Assembly (NCBI GenBank): GCA_041583775.1
Contig: JBFHFF010000001.1
Coordinates: 158,725 to 222,724 of the forward strand
Length of the DNA stretch: 64,000 bases
Source: Candidatus Moraniibacteriota bacterium
GTDB lineage: Bacteria > Patescibacteriota > Minisyncoccia > Moranbacterales > DUUL01
Direction: 5' to 3'
Under the pieces are notes generated by a model. It did no database searches and had not been told where the DNA came from. It worked only from the letters and a program-made list of their open reading frames with translations. This document shows positions 45,228-55,354 of this stretch, piece after piece. The translations under genes were made by a program, and so were the position numbers. Each line of letters begins with the position of its first letter. Positions within the stretch are counted from its first letter, which is position 1.

Positions 45228-46025
45228 TTATTTTTTCAAATCAACTGTTTCGGAAATATTTTTTTTCCCTTTTGCTTCCATCATTTTCTTCAAGAAAACT
45301 CCTAGAATATACTTCAAAGAAGAAAGTGCATCATCGTTAGCAGGAATTGGGTATTCGACAGAAGTATAATCACTGTTTGTATCAACCAAACCAACAACAG
45401 GAATTCCCATTAGATGAGCCTCTTTAATTGCAAGTTCTTCCTTCATAACATCCAGCACTATAACTAAATCAGGCAAACTCTTCATTCGAACAAGTCCACC
45501 CATTTTTTCTTCAATCTTATCTAATCTTTTTTGTAATTTATGTCGTTCTAACTTTGTCAGAGAATTCAATTTTCCCTCCGCCAACGCTTCTGTGTTTTCA
45601 ACAAAAAAGTTAATTCTTTTTTTAATTATATCAAAATTTGTAAAAGTTCCACCAAGCCATCTCTCATCTACATATGGAAACTCCAGTTTATCAGCAACAG
45701 CCTTAACAAGACCTTTTGTTTGCTTTTTTGTCCCAACAATCATAATCATTCCACCTTGCGCAACTGTTTTTTCAATCTTTTCCAAAGCCTTTTCAAAAAG
45801 AACAAGCGATTTTTCAAGGTCAATTATACAAATACCATTTCTTACTCCAAAAATAAATTGCCCCATTTTTGGGTTCCATCTTGATTTTTTGTGTCCAAAA
45901 TGAACACCTGCCTTTAACATTCTTTCCAAAGAAAGCTCGTACTTATCTGTTGCATTTTCTGCAACCTCAAGAGAAACACCTTCTTTTGGCGCTAAAATCT
46001 CTTTTTCTTCTACTTTTTCAGTCAT
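45228..46025 (-). CDS. rpsB: 30S ribosomal protein S2
   Basis: AGVHFGH, WNPKM, RWLGGTFTN, IPANDD. Confidence 0.98.
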   Translation of the reverse strand: MTEKVEEKEILAPKEGVSLEVAENATDKYELSLERMLKAGVHFGHKKSRWNPKMGQFIFGVRNGICIIDLEKSLVLFEKALEKIEKTVAQGGMIMIVGTKKQTKGLVKAVADKLEFPYVDERWLGGTFTNFDIIKKRINFFVENTEALAEGKLNSLTKLERHKLQKRLDKIEEKMGGLVRMKSLPDLVIVLDVMKEELAIKEAHLMGIPVVGLVDTNSDYTSVEYPIPANDDALSSLKYILGVFLKKMMEAKGKKNISETVDLKK

Positions 46026-46043
46026 TTTTTTACCTTATAAATT

Positions 46044-46113
46044 ATCCTCTACCCAACTTTAAATCCAGCTTTTCTCATTTCTGAGCAGGTGAGCCAGCGA
46101 TTGGATATGTGTA
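46044..46113 (-). promoter_or_regulatory. rpsB leader (t44/S2 autoregulatory RNA-like)
   Basis: ACACA...GAGG-bounded stem region directly upstream of rpsB. Confidence 0.55.
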
Positions 46114-46427
46114 TTTGCTATTGAAAAATTTCAATAACTACAAGACAATTTAACATATAAGAATAAAAAAGTAAAGAGGAGTTTTGTTTTACTTTGGGGA
46201 TTTTGTAAACATATTTAAGATTTTAATTTTTAATAACAAAACTCCAAAAAAATCTCACACCGAATTACTTACTCTAAAAAAGGCTTGACGAATTCTCTTC
46301 TCAATTATATATTATAAAATTGTTCTTTTTTACTTAAAAGTTCAATGATTCAACTTCGTTCTATTTTTCATTTTAGTGTTATTTTGTTTATCTTATTTCC
46401 AAAAACAATCTTTTAGGAGAAGAAAAC

Positions 46428-46754
46428 ATGTCACGAAAAAAGTGCAAAAAAAACACTCAATTCGAAGAGGAGAAAAGAGTAATTCCAACACTCCTTTGCA
46501 GGATTTCAGATGTTGTGATAAATAATCAGGGACCTAAAAAATCTTTTATTATTGTCACACCTCTAAAAAAAACTGGTGTAGAGGTTCGTGGAAGCATAAC
46601 ATGCACATACGCAAATGTATCAACCGGAAGGACCAGGATAAAAAGGCTTAAAAAAGGCAACTCCTTGAAAGTTTTTCGTGTTCATTTTATACCAGGAAAG
46701 GGCTGGCGCGCAGGAGGAGCAATCGTTCTTAATGAACGGAAGAAAAAAACCTAA
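46428..46754 (+). CDS. Hypothetical basic small protein
   Basis: AGGAG SD, own promoter (TTGACG-N17-TATATT) and terminator agggctcacag/ctgtgcgccct-T. Confidence 0.7.
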   Translation: MSRKKCKKNTQFEEEKRVIPTLLCRISDVVINNQGPKKSFIIVTPLKKTGVEVRGSITCTYANVSTGRTRIKRLKKGNSLKVFRVHFIPGKGWRAGGAIVLNERKKKT

Positions 46755-47078
46755 AAAAGAGAGTTTTATATATATTATAACTCAGGGCTCACAGTAAAGC
46801 TGTGCGCCCTTTTTTATTTTTTTAAATTGACTTTTTGACCTAGAATGCTAACCTAGAATGTAGATTATTTTGAAACAAGTTTCATCTTTTTTAGGATAAA
46901 TCTGCTTAAAAAACTTAATTTTCTCTATTTTTCAAATCATTAAAAAGTAGAAGTTAAAAGAGTAGAAGATAAAAGGAATGCTGAGACTTTCAGTTGTGAG
47001 CAATTGTGCTCCTTTTCCCTTTTACATTTTGATTTTTACTTTATATTTCAATTTTTGGAAAATATGGAAATAAAAATT

Positions 47079-49190
47079 ATGGAACAAAAAAACTTTTCCA
47101 TGGAAATTGAAGGGAAGATTCTTTCTGCGGAATTTGGAGTTCTTGCTGGACAAGCAAATGGTTCAGTAAAACTACAATTTGGCGACACTGTAGTTCTTGC
47201 AACAGCAACAATGAGTCGCGAAAGAAGAGAAGGAATGGATTGGTTCCCTCTTTTTGTTGATTATGAGGAGCGTTTTTATGCTGCTGGAAAAATCAAAGGA
47301 TCTCGCTTCATTAAAAGAGAGGGGCGCCCTTCTGACAGAGCGGTTCTAAGTGGAAGAATTGTTGACCGAACAATTAGACCTCTATTTGATGAACGAATGC
47401 GAAATGAAGTGCAAGTGATTACAACCGTTCTGTCAATTGACAAAGAAACTGACCCAGCAATTGTTGCTGTAATAGCTGCCTCTTTAGCGATTGGAACATC
47501 AGATATCCCTTGGGGTGGACCAGTTGGAGCTGTACGAATTGGACAAAAAGATGGCGAATTTATTTTAAACCCTGCTAATAACGCTTTAGCAGATTATGTA
47601 GCGGATGTACTTGTTGCAGGAACAGATGGAAAAATAAATATGATTGAAGCTGGTGCCAATGAAATGTCAAATGCTGATATGCACAAAGCAATCTCGCTTG
47701 GATTTGATCAAGTAAATGCACTCTGCAAGTTTCAACAAAAAATTATTGATGAAATTGGCAAAGAAAAAGCAGTTATCGAATTCACAAATCCTTCAGAAGA
47801 ATTCACAACTAAAATAAACTCCTTTTTTGAAGAAAAAAATCTTGCAGATGCTTTCTACACCAAAGAAAGAGCTGCGAGAGATGAAAAAATGGGGGCTGTC
47901 AAAACAGCTCTAAAAGAGTTATTGGAAGCTGAATATTCGAAAGAAGAGTTGCCACAGAAAAAAGCTGAAGCGCTTTTACTTTTTGAGAACTTCCTCAACA
48001 AAGTGCTACACGATAGAATTATAAATGACGGAGAAAGACCAGATGGAAGAAAAATAGATGAAATTAGAAATATTTCAGCACAAGTGAAAATTTTACCAAG
48101 AACGCACGGCAGTGGACTTTTTAACAGAGGTGAAACTCAAGCCTTAACGGTAGCAACCCTTGGATCTCCAGGTGATGAGCAAATAATTGACACCATGGAA
48201 GTAGATGAGAAAAGACGCTACATTCATCATTATAACTTTCCACCTTTCAGCGTGGGAGAGGTTCGTCCAATGAGAGGGCCAGGAAGAAGAGAAATTGGAC
48301 ATGGAGCTTTAGCAGAAAAAGCTCTTATGCCTGTCCTTCCAAGCAAAGATGAGTTCCCTTATACAATGCTTTTGGTTAGTGAAGTTCTTTCATCAAACGG
48401 TTCGTCTTCAATGGCGTCGACTTGTGGATCAACTTTAGCACTTATGGATGCTGGAGTTCCTTTGAAGAATCCTGTAAGTGGAATTGCAATGGGGATTGTT
48501 GTTGACAAAAACAATAACTACAAAATACTTTCAGATATCCAGGGGCCTGAGGATCATTGGGGTGATATGGACTTTAAGGTTGCTGGAACAAAAGATGGGA
48601 TTACAGCAATGCAACTTGATGTCAAAATCGACGGTATCACACCCCAGATAGTAGAAGAGGTTTTGGAAAGAGCATATGCCAGTAGAATGCAGATTATGGA
48701 TGTAATGTTGGCAACAATTCCAACTTCTCGAACGGAAATGTCTGAATATGCACCACGAATTATTATTATGAAAATAAATCCAGACAAAATTCGTACAGTA
48801 ATTGGACCAGGTGGGAAAGTCATTAATGAAATCATCGAGTCAACAGGAGTTCAAATTGATATTGAAGATGACGGAAGTGTTTTCATTACAGCAGAAGACC
48901 CAGAGGGTGGAAAGAAGGCTCAAGAGTGGATTAAAAACCTAACCCACGAACCAAAAGCCGGCGAGTTATATGAAGGAAAAGTTACTAAAATTATGGATTT
49001 CGGAGCTTTTGTAGAAATATTGCCAGGGAAAGAAGGTTTGGTGCATATCTCACAACTATCCATTCAGAGAATTGAAAATGTTGGGGATATCGTCAAGGAA
49101 GGACAAGTTGTTTCAGTCAGAGTCTTGGAAATTGACTCACTTGGAAGACTTAATTTAACAATGAAGCCAGCACCAACAAAAAAAGATTAA
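47079..49190 (+). CDS. pnp: Polyribonucleotide nucleotidyltransferase
   Basis: RFIKREG, RREIGHG, SNGSSSMAS, GDMDFKVAGT, KH and S1 domains; start 47064 also possible. Confidence 0.99.
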   Translation: MEQKNFSMEIEGKILSAEFGVLAGQANGSVKLQFGDTVVLATATMSRERREGMDWFPLFVDYEERFYAAGKIKGSRFIKREGRPSDRAVLSGRIVDRTIRPLFDERMRNEVQVITTVLSIDKETDPAIVAVIAASLAIGTSDIPWGGPVGAVRIGQKDGEFILNPANNALADYVADVLVAGTDGKINMIEAGANEMSNADMHKAISLGFDQVNALCKFQQKIIDEIGKEKAVIEFTNPSEEFTTKINSFFEEKNLADAFYTKERAARDEKMGAVKTALKELLEAEYSKEELPQKKAEALLLFENFLNKVLHDRIINDGERPDGRKIDEIRNISAQVKILPRTHGSGLFNRGETQALTVATLGSPGDEQIIDTMEVDEKRRYIHHYNFPPFSVGEVRPMRGPGRREIGHGALAEKALMPVLPSKDEFPYTMLLVSEVLSSNGSSSMASTCGSTLALMDAGVPLKNPVSGIAMGIVVDKNNNYKILSDIQGPEDHWGDMDFKVAGTKDGITAMQLDVKIDGITPQIVEEVLERAYASRMQIMDVMLATIPTSRTEMSEYAPRIIIMKINPDKIRTVIGPGGKVINEIIESTGVQIDIEDDGSVFITAEDPEGGKKAQEWIKNLTHEPKAGELYEGKVTKIMDFGAFVEILPGKEGLVHISQLSIQRIENVGDIVKEGQVVSVRVLEIDSLGRLNLTMKPAPTKKD

Positions 49191-49350
49191 CATATAATTA
49201 TCTATATAAATTGTCTTATTCAAAGCACCTCATTGAAAAACGAGGTGCTTTTATTTTTTTCTTTTTATTTTCTTTGTTTAAAGATAAATCTCTGATATAA
49301 TAGATACGAAATTATTTTCAAAAAACAAATAAATATTATAAAGCTTTATT

Positions 49351-51030
49351 ATGTCTTGGTTTAAAAAAAAGAAAGTCGCTGAAGACGATACAAAAGAATC
49401 TTCTGTATTAACAATTGAGACAATGCATGAGGATCTTGAAAAAAATCTCATTGATTCAAATGACAAAGAAATTTCAAAAAAAGGTATTACCGAAAAACCA
49501 GAAAAAACAAGTCCTTTTTTGACGGGAATTGGTTCACAAAAAGATCAAATTGCCTCAAACTCAAAACCAAAAGAAGAGAGAGCTGAGGAAACCAAGGAAG
49601 AGCCTTTACAAGAGCCGGTTTCTATAAAAAACAACACTCCTCCACCTATTTCAAAAGACGAAAATAGCCCAATTTCCAAAATTGAAAGCAGAAAAAATAT
49701 TGACATAGCAAAAATCAAAGAAGAAGATATTATTCCAGAAGAAAAAAATCCTTTTGAAGAAATGATAGAAATGGAGAATGCTTTGGAGGAAAAAATGAAA
49801 ACAGAAAAGTTACCGAAAGAAGAACTGGAAGAAGAGACCGAGGAAGATAAAATGGAAAAAATTGTAAAAGCCAGCGCTCCAAATAACAAACCTCCAACAC
49901 CAAAAGAAATCGTCCCAGAGGTTGATCCTCTTGTTGATAATAAAAGTGAGGTTTCTGAAGTTAGTAAGGCTAACGAAATTAACCAAAAAAAGGAAGATTC
50001 TGTTTATATTGATAGGACAAGGCAAGAGGCGAATGAAGCGACTTCTTCTTATTCTAAAAAAGAAAATTCTAGTCAAGCAATCGCTAATGGGTTTTCGCCT
50101 ATATCCAGAAAAGGGGGATCTCCTTCTCCTTTTAATGTTCCATCACCAAAAAAGCCTAATAGTGGAGGTGAAGATCTCCCAGACAAAGACAAGGGCGAAT
50201 CGACAGTTGTTAAAGATTATAACAAACCTTTGCTAATTTTAGCAGTCATTGTTTTTGTTCTAACAATAGTGGCTGTTGGTACGAACTATTATAGAAACAA
50301 AAAACAAGAACCCGCGTTCTCTATTCCTCAAATGCTTACTACGGTAGGCTTAAACAACCCTGATTATAAGACTGATAATTTGGCTGATAAGGGAATTGTC
50401 TTAAAAACATCCAAAGAACTTTTATTAAGCGATTTAAAGGCTTTTATTAAAAAAGAAAAAGCCATTAATCCTGCAAAATTCATTGGTGGCCAGTTTATCA
50501 GACCCTTACAAAAAGGAACTGAGTACATAACTGCTGCAGAAATTTTACAAATATTTGGTTCTAATGATCCTGCTATTACCAAGTTTCTAGACGAACCAGT
50601 GTTACTATTCATAACAGAAGAAGTTGTTGATGTTGAAGTTCCCTCAAATAATTCTGATCAAAATGAGTTAACTTCTCCGGAAATAAAAACTAGCAGTGTT
50701 ATGAAGGTTGCATTGGTATTGGAAATTAAAAATAGTATTAATCCTGGTGATGCCATAGAAAGATTGACTGAAATAGAAACAACTTTTCCAGGAACATTGA
50801 AGAGTCTTATGCTTGAAGAAGATATAAAAATTGCTAATGAAAAAATTGTTTTTAACCAAGCATCTCCCGAAAGAAAAGATCTCGTTCACGCTGTACGATA
50901 TTATAATTTTAAATATGGAAATGTAACTCGTTCAATTGAGTGGGGTTCTTTGTTGTATAAAAAGAATTCCTATATTTTCTTCTCCACATCCAAAGAGGCC
51001 ACAAATTCCCTTATAAAAGCCCTTAATTAA
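49351..51030 (+). CDS. Hypothetical protein: acidic/Pro-rich disordered N-terminus, TM, C-terminal domain
   Basis: Composition and single TM near residue 295. Confidence 0.75.
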   Translation: MSWFKKKKVAEDDTKESSVLTIETMHEDLEKNLIDSNDKEISKKGITEKPEKTSPFLTGIGSQKDQIASNSKPKEERAEETKEEPLQEPVSIKNNTPPPISKDENSPISKIESRKNIDIAKIKEEDIIPEEKNPFEEMIEMENALEEKMKTEKLPKEELEEETEEDKMEKIVKASAPNNKPPTPKEIVPEVDPLVDNKSEVSEVSKANEINQKKEDSVYIDRTRQEANEATSSYSKKENSSQAIANGFSPISRKGGSPSPFNVPSPKKPNSGGEDLPDKDKGESTVVKDYNKPLLILAVIVFVLTIVAVGTNYYRNKKQEPAFSIPQMLTTVGLNNPDYKTDNLADKGIVLKTSKELLLSDLKAFIKKEKAINPAKFIGGQFIRPLQKGTEYITAAEILQIFGSNDPAITKFLDEPVLLFITEEVVDVEVPSNNSDQNELTSPEIKTSSVMKVALVLEIKNSINPGDAIERLTEIETTFPGTLKSLMLEEDIKIANEKIVFNQASPERKDLVHAVRYYNFKYGNVTRSIEWGSLLYKKNSYIFFSTSKEATNSLIKALN

Positions 51031-51135
51031 CTGTCTGTGGAAAAACTGTGGAAAACCAGTCAAAACGACTCTCCGTTGAATAGTTTCAAAAGATAGTCGT
51101 TTTTTCTTTTATTTAAAGCAAAAAAGGCTCAACAA

Positions 51136-51164
51136 TTGACCGAACAGTTATAAAATGCTATAAT
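51136..51164 (+). promoter_or_regulatory. Strong sigma70 promoter with no downstream CDS
   Basis: TTGACC-N17-TATAAT with TG extension. Confidence 0.7.
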
Positions 51165-51170
51165 AGCTTT

Positions 51171-51722
51171 GTAAGTTAAGAAACACAAAAAAACTTAACA
51201 AATTCAGTTCATTAAAAAATTTCTATACTGTGCTTTCAGCAGAAGTGTTCCAATCGTGCTTTCCCCCTATTCACGATTGGAACTCTTCTGCTGACCTAAA
51301 TAAAAACGAAGTCAAACAAATATAATAAATTCATTATATTACCTAGCGACTTCTCTATAAATAGTGTCTAACACTATAAAAAACAAAAACAAAAATAGTG
51401 AAAAGCAAAAAAATAGTACTTACCAAAACAAAAAAACAAGTGGGTTTGTCCCAAGGCACGGTAGAAGAACAAAATAAAAATAATGTGTAAGCTAGGACAC
51501 ATACAATCTGACGAGAATTCTAAAAGAATAATCTAATTGCTCAACAAAAACACCCAAAACACCCAAACGAGTGAAAGGATTTTGAGAAATTTCGCCAGAA
51601 AACCAGTGGCGACACGCCACATTAATAATTATTGTAGGGTGCTGTCGCCCTGGTAACCAATCCAAAATAAACACTGGTTTAAAAAGTTAGCAAGAAGTAA
51701 ACGCCCCAAAGGCGGTTTTTTT
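51171..51722 (+). ncRNA. Candidate large structured non-coding RNA (~550 nt)
   Basis: Promoter, multiple hairpins, a long-range helix, A/C-rich linkers, terminal gcc/ggc hairpin plus T-run; no plus-strand ORF in the track. Confidence 0.6.
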
Positions 51723-51806
51723 ATTGCAAAAATTTAAAAATATTCGCCTTATTTATTAAAAGACTTAAATTCATTTATTCTTATTTATTTAAGAAGCAAG
51801 AATGCT

Positions 51807-51869
51807 TTAAGCTTTATTTAGTGAACTATTTTTGAAATTCAAAAACTCTTTCTGCGCTATTTCAATCAT
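51807..51869 (-). CDS. Possible 20-aa small ORF MIEIAQKEFLNFKNSSLNKA
   Basis: Perfect GGAGGTGA SD immediately upstream of ATG. Confidence 0.3.
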   Translation of the reverse strand: MIEIAQKEFLNFKNSSLNKA

Positions 51870-52046
51870 ATCACCTCCATTAAGATTTATAAAAATTTAA
51901 AAAATTCTAATTTAAAATTACTCTCTGTTTAAATCATTTTTATCACAATGTGTACCAAAACGAAGTCTTCTTGAGATCTTTTGTCCAATCGAAAAACAAC
52001 CCAATTGCAAAAGAGGGTTGTTTTTTAAATTTTATTTCTGCTATTT

Positions 52047-55000
52047 TTACGAAGTTTTCTTCAACCAAAATTCAACTTCCGTGCCATTAACTGAGACTTT
52101 TTGATTATAAGCATCATCTTCTCCTTTGGTGTTTTCCAGTTTTTGCGCCAAAACTTCTTTTGTGATTTCTTCGCTAAATTTTCCAAAAACTGCCTCTCCA
52201 CCAATATAATTCACTTCGATTCGATCTTCGATTTCAAAATCAGCTTTTTTTCGTGCACTTTGAATAAATCTCACCAGCTCGCGCATATCACCTTCAAGTT
52301 TAAGTTCTTCTGTCATTTCTAAGTTTAAATAGACACAAAGTTCATTATCTTCTTTGTGGCTCAACTGTTCTTTGTCCATCGCCTTTTCGGCAATTTGTAC
52401 AACACTCTTCACATTGACCTCGTCTTTGATAAGTTCTAGGTATTCTTCTCCCAGTTCAACTTTGCTCGCAAAAACTAACAATTCACTTAGTGGTTGTCTA
52501 ACTTTAAGTTTGTTTTCAGATCTTAAGTTTAATCCAAATTCAATAGCCTTTCTGGTCGATGCCATTTTTTTGCTTATTTCTTCATCAATCAATTTTTCAT
52601 CTGCAACTGGATAGTCCACAAGATGCACTGATTCTTCACCTGTTAGATTACGATAAATCTCATCTGCCACAAATGGAGTGAAGGGTGCAATTAATTTTGA
52701 AAATTCCACCAACACAGTCCAGAGAGTTTGATATGCGTCATGCTTATCAGAGTCACTCTCACTCTTCCAAAATCGTCTTCTAGAGCGTCTAATGTACCAA
52801 TTAGACAATTGATCGACAAAATCCATTATAGTCTTTGTAGCGGCTGGTAGGTTATACGCCTCCATATTTTCATCTACTGTTTTTATCAGCTTGTTTAATT
52901 CGGCCACAATCCACTTATCTAACAAGTTTTTTCCAGTTGTTATGCTTTTTGTATCATCTGGAGACCACTTATCGATATTGGCATACATAACAAAAAAGCT
53001 ATAGCTGTTCCAAAGTGTTCCTAGTTTTCTTTGAATATCAGAAACATCCTTGTCAATAAGCGTAAAGTCCTCTCCGTTAAGAAGTGGTGAGCTTATCAAC
53101 AAATAACGCAATGCGTCAGCGCTGTATTGATCAAGTAGAATATTCGAATCAGTATAGTTACCCAGAGATTTGCTCATCTTCTTGCCATCAGAGCCCGCAA
53201 TTGTTCCTGTGACAATCACATTTTTAAAGGCTTCTTTTCCAAAAAGACCGACAGAAATAGCATGTAGATAATAGAACCAAGCTCTTACCTGCCCTACATA
53301 TTCAGAAATAAAATCTCCCGGGAAATTTGCTTCGAATTTTTCTTTGTTTTCAAAGGGATAATGAAACTGAGCAAATGGCATTGAACCAGATTCAAACCAA
53401 CAATCCATCACTTTTTCTATTCTCTTCATTTGCACGCCTTCATATTCAAATGTGATTTTGTCAACATATGGCAAATGATAATCATCGAGTTCTTGTCCGG
53501 AAAGTTCCTTAAGTTCGGCATAACTCCCCATTACTTTCTCAACAACAGTTCCGTCTTCTTTTTCTCCTCGCCATACTGGTATCGGAGTTGCCCAAAAACG
53601 ATCACGGCTCAAATTCCAATCAGGTGCAGTTTTTACGGTATTTTTAAAACGTTTTTCTTTAAAAGTAGCGGGAAACCAGTTGATATTTTCATTTTGTTCT
53701 AACATTTGTTGCTTTTGTCCATCAATATCCATAAACCAACTTGGATGGGCTCGGTACATTAGTTTTGTTTCACAACGATGACAGTGTGGATATTCATGTT
53801 GGATATAGTCAATTTTCATCACAGTTCCTTCCGCAAAAAGTGTTTTTGCAATTTCTTTGTTGATTTCCCATACATTTTTCCCTGCCCATCTTCCGTCAAT
53901 ATAATTTCCATTTTCATCGACAGTATTCACTACTGGTAAATTCTCTTTTTTTGCCAGTGCATAATCTTCTTCACCAAAAGCTGGCGCAATGTGCACAATT
54001 CCCGTTCCATCTTCAGTCGTGACAAAATCAGCCCCCACGACTCTGTGGGCATTTTCACCATGATTTTCAAAAAGTGGTTTGTATCTTTTGCCGACTAATT
54101 CTGCACCTTTAATGATGTCTACATTGTGTTTTTTACAAAAATCTTCACAATTCATTCCCGCTAAAATATCATCCTCATTCTTACTTGGATCGCCAGAAAG
54201 AACCATCCTGACTTCTGTTAATCCAGCACTACCTGTCATATTTCTCCAAAAGATATCTTTCGCTAAAACATAGGTACCTTTTCCATATTTGCTTTCAGAA
54301 ACAGTTCCCTTTTCAAGTTCATCTTTTCTCTCTCCAGAAAGCCCTCTTCCATCATATTTAATTTTAACATAATCGATTTCAGGATTAACCGCTAAAGCTA
54401 CATTTGCCGAAAGTGTCCACGGAGTCGTTGTCCAGGCAAGTAAATATGTATCTTTTTCGTCTTCAAGCTCAAATTTCACATAAGAAGACGGGTCAGTCAC
54501 TACTTTGTAACTATTATCCATCGCTACTTCTGCTTTTGAAATTGGAGTCGCACAACGCGTGCAGTACATAAGCACCTTTTCTCCTTCGTATATTTTTCCT
54601 TTCTCGTGAAGCGTCTTAAAAGCCCACCAGACACTTTCCATATATTCCTTATCCATAGTCTTATAGGCATTTTTAAACTCCACCCAACGCCCGATTCTCT
54701 CGATTGTATCTTCCCAAACGCTTCCACCTTGCACCATTTCTGTGTGACAAGTCTCAATATATTTTTCAAGTCCAACCTTTGGAACATCACGCTTGTCTTT
54801 GATACCCAACTTCTTTTCCACTAAGTTCTCGGCTGGAAGCCCATGACAATCCCAACCCCAACGCCTTTCAACTCTCTTGCCCTTCATGGTCCAATATCTT
54901 GGCACAACATCTTTCACAACAGAAGAAAGTAATGTTCCATAATGAGGAACTCCCGTGATAAAAGGAGGGCCATCATAAAAAACATATGCGTTATTTTTAT

Positions 55001-55106
55001 CTCTATTCTCAACTGATTTCTCAAAAGTCTTATTCTCTCGCCAGTATGAGATCACATCTTTTTCCATTTCTGAATATTTTCTCTTTGGGTCTAGTTTTTT
55101 GAACAT
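52047..55106 (-). CDS. ileS: Isoleucine-tRNA ligase (type 2)
   Basis: DGPPF, HYGT (HIGH variant), GWDCHGLP, WTTTPWT, GTGIVH, KMSKS, WYIRRSRRRFW; Ile T-box upstream. Confidence 0.97.
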   Translation of the reverse strand: MFKKLDPKRKYSEMEKDVISYWRENKTFEKSVENRDKNNAYVFYDGPPFITGVPHYGTLLSSVVKDVVPRYWTMKGKRVERRWGWDCHGLPAENLVEKKLGIKDKRDVPKVGLEKYIETCHTEMVQGGSVWEDTIERIGRWVEFKNAYKTMDKEYMESVWWAFKTLHEKGKIYEGEKVLMYCTRCATPISKAEVAMDNSYKVVTDPSSYVKFELEDEKDTYLLAWTTTPWTLSANVALAVNPEIDYVKIKYDGRGLSGERKDELEKGTVSESKYGKGTYVLAKDIFWRNMTGSAGLTEVRMVLSGDPSKNEDDILAGMNCEDFCKKHNVDIIKGAELVGKRYKPLFENHGENAHRVVGADFVTTEDGTGIVHIAPAFGEEDYALAKKENLPVVNTVDENGNYIDGRWAGKNVWEINKEIAKTLFAEGTVMKIDYIQHEYPHCHRCETKLMYRAHPSWFMDIDGQKQQMLEQNENINWFPATFKEKRFKNTVKTAPDWNLSRDRFWATPIPVWRGEKEDGTVVEKVMGSYAELKELSGQELDDYHLPYVDKITFEYEGVQMKRIEKVMDCWFESGSMPFAQFHYPFENKEKFEANFPGDFISEYVGQVRAWFYYLHAISVGLFGKEAFKNVIVTGTIAGSDGKKMSKSLGNYTDSNILLDQYSADALRYLLISSPLLNGEDFTLIDKDVSDIQRKLGTLWNSYSFFVMYANIDKWSPDDTKSITTGKNLLDKWIVAELNKLIKTVDENMEAYNLPAATKTIMDFVDQLSNWYIRRSRRRFWKSESDSDKHDAYQTLWTVLVEFSKLIAPFTPFVADEIYRNLTGEESVHLVDYPVADEKLIDEEISKKMASTRKAIEFGLNLRSENKLKVRQPLSELLVFASKVELGEEYLELIKDEVNVKSVVQIAEKAMDKEQLSHKEDNELCVYLNLEMTEELKLEGDMRELVRFIQSARKKADFEIEDRIEVNYIGGEAVFGKFSEEITKEVLAQKLENTKGEDDAYNQKVSVNGTEVEFWLKKTS

Positions 55107-55314
55107 AATTATTAGGTTTTTAAAATTATAATTATTTATAGTTGGATATAAGGCATTATTTAAATATCTGTTTATTGTCAAATTTGATAGCCTCAAAAAT
55201 GGCATCTTTTTTTGAGTTTCTGTTTTTTATCACTTTCGACAGTCCGAAAATCGAAAAGTGATAACGAACAGATACGGATTTAGTATTATTAAACCAATAA
55301 AGGCAAATACTAGC

Positions 55315-55342
55315 CTGGATTCCTGCCTTCGCAGGAATGACA
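55315..55342 (+). repeat. REP/dRS3-like palindrome
   Basis: ctggattcctgc-cttc-gcaggaatgaca. Confidence 0.6.
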
Positions 55343-55354
55343 CATCCATAAAAA

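Noticed and set aside
51492-51674. 60-aa minus-strand ORF inside the candidate large RNA
   Set aside because: GTG start without RBS, no motif, and antisense to a promoter/terminator-bounded structured unit
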